Positions 1 through 7,722 of a DNA stretch of 46,666 nucleotides are shown here, piece after piece; position 1 is the stretch's first letter; every line of letters begins with the position of its first letter. The notes beneath the pieces were generated by a model, which was not told the DNA's origin, made no database searches, and saw nothing but the letters and a program-made list of their open reading frames with translations. Made by a program: the position numbers and the translations under genes. The stretch is from an uncultured Verrucomicrobiales bacterium (GTDB lineage: Bacteria > Verrucomicrobiota > Verrucomicrobiia > Verrucomicrobiales > DEV007): NCBI GenBank assembly GCA_938091905.1, contig CALKOM010000060.1:1-46666 (forward strand), in the 5' to 3' direction.

Positions 1-415
1 CAAGGGAGAACTTCGGTTCATGTGCTACACAGCTACAATGACACAATCGAAGTTTATATTGTTTCTATCCAAGCTGGTAAAGACAACCGAAGGGCCTGTG
101 GTTGTGATTACTGACAATTTGCCGGTTCATCATGGCAAGCGGGTTAAGTCTTGGGTAGAGGAGCAGCCCAATCTCAGACTTGAGTTCATACCCGGCTACT
201 CGCCAGAGCTCAATGCCGATGAATATCTCAACCGCGATCTCAAGAAGAACGTAAATACCAAGCAGATGCCGAGAAATTTGGCCGAGCTAAAAGCGAACGT
301 GATCTCATTCATGCGCAGCATCCAGAAACAACCAGAGCGAATCATGAACTATTTCAATGGTCGACATATCGCATATGCGGCATAGATCTACCTGTATTTG
401 AAGGCCGCATTAATA
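1..415 (+). mobile_element. IS630-family insertion sequence, 3' part (left end outside window)
   Basis: Transposase frame open from window start to TAG at 383-385. It is followed by a short tail ending ...GCCGCATTAATA (404-415), whose final TA fits the TA target of IS630 elements. The region is visibly more AT-rich than the flanking genes. The end position is inferred. Confidence 0.75.
2..385 (+). CDS. IS630-family DDE transposase, C-terminal part (5'-partial)
   Basis: KGELRFM...VVITDNLPVHH...LEFIPGYSPELNADE: the DNxxxH and PxYSPELNxxE motifs of DDE_3/IS630 transposases. Confidence 0.92.
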   Translation, partial: KGELRFMCYTATMTQSKFILFLSKLVKTTEGPVVVITDNLPVHHGKRVKSWVEEQPNLRLEFIPGYSPELNADEYLNRDLKKNVNTKQMPRNLAELKANVISFMRSIQKQPERIMNYFNGRHIAYAA

Positions 416-575
416 CCATTGCATATTTCTCTCTCAGCCAGATACAGATTAGTGGCAGAGTTGGAAAGTAAATTCGGGGCAGTTTTGTCAACCGTGACCT
501 TGAAGCCTTTGACTGCTGGCCACCGTTGCAGAGTATTCCCCCCCTTTCTCCCCTCTCCGATCCCTCCAATGACGC

Positions 576-863
576 CCTGAACCGTAGCGCCTCAAAAGCA
601 AATTCCTAGCAGCCAGCCAAAGGCTTCCTTCTTTTTCGCCTTTTCTCCATCTCACCGTTCCCGTTTTCCAACATCTTGGCTCAGCACCTTCCCCCCTTCT
701 TCGCAAAGACCTCCTGAACGACGTCACTAGCAAAGTCCGGACCACGCGTCACGCGAAGCGCGACTCCGTGAGCCAAGCTTAGATGGCGCTCTACCAGAGA
801 TTCGAACGGATGCTCGCAGCGTGTGGCACGAAATTGCCGGAGAAGTTCGCTGTCAGTAGGCAT
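576..863 (-). pseudogene. ECF-type RNA polymerase sigma factor remnant (region 2 only)
   Basis: MPTDSELLRQF...FESLVERHLSLAHGVALRVT...ASDVVQEVF is a typical ECF region 2 start. The frame stops at 681. A WLxxxARN-like segment (GSLWLAARNLLLRR) appears in another frame near 590-630. No region 4 is visible. Confidence 0.75.
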
Positions 864-928
864 CTCACGTCCTATTCACCGCCGCCCAGCAATTTCGGAC
901 AAGAAATTACTCTAAGATGTCCAATTCC

Positions 929-1462
929 CTATTTCTTATAGGCACTCTCTACGAGCACCTTAAAAGCGACGATAGCTTTCGCCACTTCGTCCTTGGGACC
1001 AGTCAGCTTCACAAAGACCGGGCCACCCTCATGAGCGATGATCGCGCCAAGCATGGCATAATCTTTGTTCGGAGTCTTCTTTCCGAATGGAGGGCCACTC
1101 ATGAACGTCCCCTCCAGATGGAGGAAATCGATCTTGCCACCAGCAAGCTTGGCAGATTCGACCTCTTTGGGTCCGCCTTCGAACTGCCCTTTCCATCGAG
1201 CAATATTGGCTTCTACCGAGCCGCCCTGCCCTTCCCCAAAGTGATAGAAGTCTGCATCCAGTCCTTCTTTGATCTCCGCGATCTTGTACGTCAATCCGCC
1301 AGCACTCATGGCGCGCGCCTTTGCTTTGGCAGTCCAGCCTTCCGTAACAGCAAACTGTAAGCCACCCGCTTTGAAGGTCGACTTCTTCTCCTCAGCAGAC
1401 ACTGCATTGAAAGTCAGTGCAGCGAGAAGGAAGACAAAGAAACGGGACCGTGTGAAGTTCAT
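929..1462 (-). CDS. conserved hypothetical secreted protein
   Basis: Signal peptide (MNFTRSRFFVFLLAALTFNAVSA) and a GGSVEANIARWKGQF...FVKLTGP motif pattern of a PVC-type hypothetical family. Confidence 0.8.
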   Translation of the reverse strand: MNFTRSRFFVFLLAALTFNAVSAEEKKSTFKAGGLQFAVTEGWTAKAKARAMSAGGLTYKIAEIKEGLDADFYHFGEGQGGSVEANIARWKGQFEGGPKEVESAKLAGGKIDFLHLEGTFMSGPPFGKKTPNKDYAMLGAIIAHEGGPVFVKLTGPKDEVAKAIVAFKVLVESAYKK

Positions 1463-1569
1463 AGAGAAACATTTGCAGGTTTCAGAGGGGCTGCAATCGA
1501 AAGGACCCGTTTGCTAATAAATTAGCACTTTAAACTTGAGATCTCTACTTTTGAGGCAATCATCATGCC

Positions 1570-1770
1570 ATGAACCTCAAGTCGTGTCTTTGCTGGGTTT
1601 GCTTGTCTACGATAGCCTTCATGGCAGGAGCGGTAGGCACTGGTTCGGTCAAACAAGAAGAACCCGCCGGGACCGGATCGCCTGTATTGGGTCATGAAAC
1701 GGCGATAGGCCCAGTGCGAACCCAAATGGCTTCAGCGCGGCAACAAGAATTGGGCCACGACGAGATTTAG
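1570..1770 (+). CDS. short ORF with hydrophobic N-terminus, possibly a truncated gene remnant
   Basis: ATG start and an N-terminal hydrophobic stretch (LCWVCLSTIAFMAG) in an otherwise empty intergenic gap; only 66 aa. Confidence 0.3.
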   Translation: MNLKSCLCWVCLSTIAFMAGAVGTGSVKQEEPAGTGSPVLGHETAIGPVRTQMASARQQELGHDEI

Positions 1771-1829
1771 ATCTCACAGTTCCCGCACCGCATTGACATT
1801 TGGTCAGCGGGACCGTTCTCTCCCGCTTG

Positions 1830-3248
1830 ATGCTACGCCCTACGTCGATCATCTGGGGATTGGCCAGCCTCTGGCTGGTCGGGTGCAGCACGTTCACGAA
1901 TCTCAACCCTGCTCTCGTCAAGCCGAGTGCTCCCAATGCGTGGACCGCAGTGGACGTGTCCAATGGAGCAGTAGACGGCTGGCTAGAGGACTTCGATCAG
2001 GAAAGGATCTTACGAGCGCTCGTCGATGAAGCCATCGGTAAGAACTACGATCTTGGTACAACGTTGGCCAGAGTTCGACAGGCAACCGCTCGAGCGAACA
2101 TCGCGGGTGCCGCGCTCCTTCCACAGGCAACAGCCGGATTGTTAGGATCACGCTCCCAGCGACTGCGTGGTTCGAATTTTGACAAGATCACGGCGAACCA
2201 GTTTAGTACGACCTTTGACATTAGCTGGGAACTCGATGTCTGGGGAAGGCTGCGCAACCTAAAGTCGAGTGCTCTAGCAGACTTGCGAGCGACACAGGCG
2301 GACTACCAAGCAGTGCGGCTATCACTCGCGGTGAATGTCATTAGCAACGTCCTCAACCTCGTTGAGGTGCAGCAACAATCTGAAGTGACCATGCAGTCTC
2401 TCAAGAGTCTGCGGACGAACCTAGATATCCTGGATGCTAAGCTTGAAGCCGGAGACGTCGATGATAGGACAGCGCTAGAAATCACTCTAAGCCGTGCGGA
2501 TGTGCTTCGGGCGGAGGCAAGCCTGGCAGCGAGCCAACGCCAGGCTGACGCACTTAAACGTGTTGTCGAATCCCTGTTAGGTCGTTACCCGGAAGGAGCG
2601 ATCCAAGCTCTGATTGATTTCCCTACCCTGAAGCGAGAGGTGTCCGCAGGCTTGCCTTCGGAACTCCTTCTGAGACGTCCTGACATTGTCGCCGCAGAAC
2701 AGAGAGCAATCGCTGCGACTGAAGACGTGCAGGCCTCGTGGAAGGCCCTTCTGCCGAGCTTCACGATCAACTCTGGAGCAGGAACCAGCACAACAAACAA
2801 GTTCAGTGATTTGCTAGATCCAAAGGCTTTAGTCTGGGACTTGGCCGGACGAGTCAGCCAAACCGTGTTTCAGGGTGGCCGGTTAGTCGCTGGTGTCGAG
2901 CTGAGCAAAGCCCAGCGCGAAGAGATCGCCTCACGCTACGCTGAGACGGCGTTGCAGGCCTTTCGAGAGGTCGAAACCGCACTAGCGGCAGAAGCCTACT
3001 ACCTCCAGCAACAAGGCAAACTCGAAGCCGCAGTCGAACAAGCGAACCTTGCGGAAGAGTTAGCGCTTGGTCAGTATCAGAAGGGACTCGTAGACATCAT
3101 CACCGTGCTCGAATCTCAGCGACGTGCCTTCGACTCGCGCAGCAATCTCTTGCGCGTGCGCAACGAACGCCTACAGAATCGCTTAGATCTCTACTTGGCC
3201 TTGGGTGGCGATTTCGATCATCGCCCCACCATTTCTTCCCAAACATGA
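1830..3248 (+). CDS. RND efflux outer-membrane lipoprotein (NodT/OprM-like, TolC family)
   Basis: Lipobox LVGC after ATG 1830; SWELDVWGRLR, LPSELLLRRPDI and AFREVETAL motifs; ends LYLALGG. Confidence 0.93.
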   Translation: MLRPTSIIWGLASLWLVGCSTFTNLNPALVKPSAPNAWTAVDVSNGAVDGWLEDFDQERILRALVDEAIGKNYDLGTTLARVRQATARANIAGAALLPQATAGLLGSRSQRLRGSNFDKITANQFSTTFDISWELDVWGRLRNLKSSALADLRATQADYQAVRLSLAVNVISNVLNLVEVQQQSEVTMQSLKSLRTNLDILDAKLEAGDVDDRTALEITLSRADVLRAEASLAASQRQADALKRVVESLLGRYPEGAIQALIDFPTLKREVSAGLPSELLLRRPDIVAAEQRAIAATEDVQASWKALLPSFTINSGAGTSTTNKFSDLLDPKALVWDLAGRVSQTVFQGGRLVAGVELSKAQREEIASRYAETALQAFREVETALAAEAYYLQQQGKLEAAVEQANLAEELALGQYQKGLVDIITVLESQRRAFDSRSNLLRVRNERLQNRLDLYLALGGDFDHRPTISSQT

Positions 3249-4477
3249 GACCAGTTATCCGCGTACTCCTCCCGCTGATCATCCTCGCCCTGGCGGCCTG
3301 GATCGTGATGCTATTATTGGCGAGCAAAGAGGATCCTAAAGGCTTCAAACGCCCTCCTACAGAAACTCGCGTGGAAGGCAAGACGTTGAATCCAGAGTCC
3401 TATCAAGTGACCGTGCTTTCACAAGGTGTGGTCGAGCCTCGCACCAAGAGCACTCTGATACCTGAAGTGCCTGGCAAGATCATCGAGATCTCGCCCTCGC
3501 TCCGTGAAGGAGGCTTCTTTGAAACCGACGATGTGCTGTTGAAGATTGATCCGCTGGACTACAAGACGAGGATCGTAGTCGCTCAAAGAAACGTTGCGCA
3601 GGCCAAGGCGCTCATTGAGCAAGAGCAAGCCCGTGCCCAACAAGCGGTGGAGAATTGGAAGCGGCTAGGGAAAGAAGGAGATCCAAGCCCATTAGCCTTG
3701 CGGAAACCTCAGCTGGCTGAAGCTGAGGCTCAAGTGGCAGCAGCGGAAGCAGAACTCGTCAAAGCGAATCGCGATCTAGATCGCACGCTTATACGTGCCC
3801 CCTATGCCGGACGCATCTTGGAGAAACAGGTGGACGTCGGACAATTCGTCAACACGGGAACAACCCTCGCACTGATCTATGCAATCGATTACGTGGAGGT
3901 GCGCCTTCCCATTCGCAATGATGACCTCTCATTTCTTGAGCTGCCTGAGACCTATCGAAATGAAACGATCACGAGCATCAATCAGCCCAAGGTCACACTG
4001 ACAGGCAAGCTAGGAGGGCGGGCCTCGGTCTGGGAAGGCCGCATCGTCCGAGTTGCAGGCGCCTTGGAAGCACGTTCACGACAACTCTTTGCTGTCGCAC
4101 AAATTGACGACCCTTACAGTCACCGAGAAGACGGCACGCTACCTCTCAAGATCAATCTCTTCGTCGAGGCCGAGATTGAGGGAAACACGTTGGAGAACGT
4201 CTTTGTTCTACCGAGAAACGCCGTCCGGGCTAGCAATGAAGTCATCCTCATCGACAAGGAAAGTAAGATGCGGCGACGCCCCGTCGAACCGCTCTGGCTC
4301 TCCGAAGAGATCATTGTCGTGGCCCACGATTCGGGGCTCAAGGAAGGCGACGTCCTATGCACCACCCCCATTGCTTTCCCTGCCGACGGCGCACCTGTCC
4401 GAGCGACGATCGATGGTGTCGCTCCTCCCGATCCAAAGAAGCCCCCTGGCGGACCACGCCAGGGCAAAAGACCCTAA
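3245..4477 (+). CDS. RND efflux periplasmic adaptor (membrane fusion protein)
   Basis: N-terminal TM, lipoyl half-motifs (PEVPGKI; IRAPYAGRI...VDVGQFV) and coiled-coil hairpin; ATGA overlap with the upstream gene. Confidence 0.93.
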   Translation: MRPVIRVLLPLIILALAAWIVMLLLASKEDPKGFKRPPTETRVEGKTLNPESYQVTVLSQGVVEPRTKSTLIPEVPGKIIEISPSLREGGFFETDDVLLKIDPLDYKTRIVVAQRNVAQAKALIEQEQARAQQAVENWKRLGKEGDPSPLALRKPQLAEAEAQVAAAEAELVKANRDLDRTLIRAPYAGRILEKQVDVGQFVNTGTTLALIYAIDYVEVRLPIRNDDLSFLELPETYRNETITSINQPKVTLTGKLGGRASVWEGRIVRVAGALEARSRQLFAVAQIDDPYSHREDGTLPLKINLFVEAEIEGNTLENVFVLPRNAVRASNEVILIDKESKMRRRPVEPLWLSEEIIVVAHDSGLKEGDVLCTTPIAFPADGAPVRATIDGVAPPDPKKPPGGPRQGKRP

Positions 4478-4495
4478 CTTAACCGCATTACGCCC

Positions 4496-7400
4496 ATGAT
4501 CGCCTGGTTCGCTCGCAACGGTGTCGCCGCCAATCTCTTGATGTTCGCCATCGTGATTTCAGGTATTGGCACCTTGATCTTGGGAAGGATCCCCGTCGAG
4601 GTCTTCCCAGAGTTTGAAATCAATCAGATTTCCATCCAAGTCCCCTATCGCGGGGCAACTCCTGAGGAAGTAGAGGAATCTATCCTCACACGCATCGAGG
4701 AATCTATTAACGATGTCGAAGGCATCGAGAAGATCATCGGGTTCGCCAGCGAGAGCGGTGCCAATGTCAGTATCGAAGTTGAAGACAGTTACGATCGTCG
4801 AGATGTATTAGACGACGTTAAGAACCGCGTAGATGCCATTTCCACTTTCCCTGCGGAAGCAGAGAAACCCCGAATATCCCTAGCACAAGGCTGGAGATCC
4901 GTGATCAGCGTTGTGCTCTACGGCGATCTTTCAGAGCGCGATCTCAAAGAGCTCGGCAAGCAAGTCCGCGACGATATTGCCAATCTCCCGGATGTCTCTG
5001 CGGCAGATCTACAGGGCACCCGCCCCTACGAAATCGCTATCGAGATCGACGAACCGACCTTACAACGCTACCAGCTCAGCTTCAATGATATCGCAACGGC
5101 TCTACGAGCATCGTCGATCGACGTCCCTGCTGGCACTCTCAAGACGGATTCTGGCCAAGTGGTTCTACGCACCAAGGGGCGCGCCTACACGGGCAAAGAG
5201 TTTAAAGATATCATTGTTCTCACTGCTGCCGACGGCACGCGGGTAAAGCTTGGAGATATCGCTAGAGTAAATGATGGATTTATTGAGAGCCCGTTTCTCT
5301 CCCGCTTTAATGGTCGCCGCTGCGTGCTCATCATGGTCTCTCGTGAAGGGAATCAAAACGCCATTAAGATCTCAGAGAAGGTAAAAGAATACATGGAAGC
5401 ACAAGCACCTCTTCTCCCTTCGGGCGTGGGACTCGATTACTGGAGTGACTCATCCAAGATCGTCAAAGGTCGCCTAGACACCCTCATTGACAGCGCCTCA
5501 AAGAGCCTCCTGCTCGTCTTTCTCGTCCTAACACTCTTTCTCCGACCAAGCCTCGCGGTTTGGGTCGTAATTGGCATTCCCGTATGTTTTCTGGGAGCGA
5601 TTGCCCTCATGCCGCCACTAGGAGTGACGATCAATATCATGAGTTTGTTTGGGTTTATTCTTGTGTTAGGCGTGGTAGTGGATGATGCCATCGTCACGGG
5701 CGAGAATATTTATACGAAACAGAAGTTGGGACTCTCGCCCTACGAGGCCTCCGTCGTGGGGACTAAAGAGGTGGCTCGTCCCGTGATCTTCGGAGTGCTC
5801 ACCACGGTTCTTGCCTTTGTCCCGCTCATGTTCGGCACGGGCTTCCACGGTCGGGCCCAAGCCCACATTGCGTTGATCGTGATTCCGGTGCTGATGTTCT
5901 CACTCATTGAGTCCAAACTCATCCTACCATCTCACCTCAGCCATAGCTTACGCCACTTAATCAAACGCATCGCCTCCTTCTTCATGCCCGGCGCGCTCGT
6001 CGCTCTTTGTTCTCGGATGTACAGCAATGTGAGTCGCTTCCAGCAAACGATTGCCAATGGCTTGGAATGGTTCGTCAAGCGTGTCTACCAACCTCTCTTG
6101 CGTGTCGCACTGGACTATCGCTATGTGACGATCGCCGTCTTCGTGGCAGTTTTTGCCATCGTGATTGGCATGATGAAGAGTGGGCACGTCAAGTATCGCG
6201 GATTCCCACGGGTGCAAAGTGAGCGCGCGACGGCCACACTTTCCATGCAGGAAGGCACGCCCTATGCGGTCACGAAAGAACACATCGATCGCATCCAATC
6301 CATCGCGGAAGGGATGAAGGTCGAGTATCAAGACGTCGATGGTTCGCCGATTATCCGAGACATCCTCAGTGCGGTTGGGGGCCAAGGGGTGTCTTCTTCA
6401 CGTCGCCGTTCTTCGACCGGCGAGGACCATTTGGGCGAGGTCACCTTCCACGTCGTCGCGCCGGAGGATCGCACGTCGACTATTTCCACCTCTGACCTGG
6501 CAAACGAGTGGCGTAAACGGATTGGAGCGATTCTTGGAGCGAAGGAGCTGAATTTCCGAGCAGAGATCGGACGAGGTGGTGATCCCATCGATATTGAATT
6601 GCACGGTCCTAGCATTGAATCGCTGACGGAAGTATCTGCCAAGATCAAGGCACACCTCGGCGAGTATGCGGACTTGTTTGATATCAGCGATAGTGTCGAT
6701 GACACCAATGATGAACTCCGACTCAAGATCCGCCCGGAAGCCGAGAACTTCGGCCTAACCGAAGCCGCGCTGGCACGCCAGGTTCGACAGGCCTTCTATG
6801 GCGAAGAAATCCAACGCTTTCAACGTGGGCGCGATGACATCCGCGTGATGCTTCGCTATCCTCAACGTGAACGTAAGACCCTCGCGAGCCTAGAAAGCAT
6901 GCGCGTCCGCACACCAGATGGTCAAGAGGTTCCGTTCACGGCAGTGGCCGAGGCCATCAACGCAAAGAGCTTCCCCCGCATCCAACGAATCGACCGCAAT
7001 CGCGCGATCAATGTGCGAGCAGATGCGGACAAAGACAAAGCTGACATTCCTACCATCACCACATCCATCACCGAATACCTCGACGATATGCTCACCGAGT
7101 ATCCTGGCATCAGTTACACGTTCGAAGGCGAGGCGAAAGAAGCGAGAGAGAATAGTCAAACCACTATCGTGGGCGGCATTCTTCTTATCTTTGGTATCTA
7201 CACCATGCTAGCCATTCCGTTCCGCTCGTATATTCAGCCCTTGATCGTGATGTCGGTCATCCCATTCGGGCTCATTGGAGCGGTCCTGGGCCACATGATT
7301 CACGGAATGTCCCTCAGTATGCTCAGCTTCTTTGGCATGCTCGCGCTCTCAGGCGTTGTCGTGAATGATAGTCTTGTGTTGGTCGACTATATCAATCGAC

Positions 7401-7702
7401 GCGTGGCTGAAGGAATGCCGACGTTCAAGGCGGCATTTCATGGAGGAGGCGCACGTTTCCGCGCCATTATCCTCACCAGCTTCACCACCTTTGCGGGACT
7501 CTACCCGCTCATTACTCTTAAGAGTACGCAGGCTCAGTTTCTAATCCCAATGGCCGTTTCGTTAGGTTACGGTGTGCTCTTTGCGACGTTCATCACCCTC
7601 CTGCTGGTGCCGATCAATTACCTGATTCTCGACGACATTAAGCGTCTCTTTAGTATGGCGACCGCTGAAGCGCCTGAGCCTAAAGAGCCAGTTTCCCTGT
7701 AG
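4496..7702 (+). CDS. RND efflux inner-membrane transporter (AcrB/AcrD/AcrF family)
   Basis: 1068 aa with two large periplasmic loops; TM4 GVVVDDAIVTGENI; RFRAIILTSFTT; PMAVSLGYG. Confidence 0.95.
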   Translation: MIAWFARNGVAANLLMFAIVISGIGTLILGRIPVEVFPEFEINQISIQVPYRGATPEEVEESILTRIEESINDVEGIEKIIGFASESGANVSIEVEDSYDRRDVLDDVKNRVDAISTFPAEAEKPRISLAQGWRSVISVVLYGDLSERDLKELGKQVRDDIANLPDVSAADLQGTRPYEIAIEIDEPTLQRYQLSFNDIATALRASSIDVPAGTLKTDSGQVVLRTKGRAYTGKEFKDIIVLTAADGTRVKLGDIARVNDGFIESPFLSRFNGRRCVLIMVSREGNQNAIKISEKVKEYMEAQAPLLPSGVGLDYWSDSSKIVKGRLDTLIDSASKSLLLVFLVLTLFLRPSLAVWVVIGIPVCFLGAIALMPPLGVTINIMSLFGFILVLGVVVDDAIVTGENIYTKQKLGLSPYEASVVGTKEVARPVIFGVLTTVLAFVPLMFGTGFHGRAQAHIALIVIPVLMFSLIESKLILPSHLSHSLRHLIKRIASFFMPGALVALCSRMYSNVSRFQQTIANGLEWFVKRVYQPLLRVALDYRYVTIAVFVAVFAIVIGMMKSGHVKYRGFPRVQSERATATLSMQEGTPYAVTKEHIDRIQSIAEGMKVEYQDVDGSPIIRDILSAVGGQGVSSSRRRSSTGEDHLGEVTFHVVAPEDRTSTISTSDLANEWRKRIGAILGAKELNFRAEIGRGGDPIDIELHGPSIESLTEVSAKIKAHLGEYADLFDISDSVDDTNDELRLKIRPEAENFGLTEAALARQVRQAFYGEEIQRFQRGRDDIRVMLRYPQRERKTLASLESMRVRTPDGQEVPFTAVAEAINAKSFPRIQRIDRNRAINVRADADKDKADIPTITTSITEYLDDMLTEYPGISYTFEGEAKEARENSQTTIVGGILLIFGIYTMLAIPFRSYIQPLIVMSVIPFGLIGAVLGHMIHGMSLSMLSFFGMLALSGVVVNDSLVLVDYINRRVAEGMPTFKAAFHGGGARFRAIILTSFTTFAGLYPLITLKSTQAQFLIPMAVSLGYGVLFATFITLLLVPINYLILDDIKRLFSMATAEAPEPKEPVSL

Positions 7703-7722
7703 AGAGAAAGTCTCGACCAAAC

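Noticed and set aside
917..1360. 147-aa plus-strand ORF
   Set aside because: Fully antisense to the better-supported secreted protein at 929-1462.
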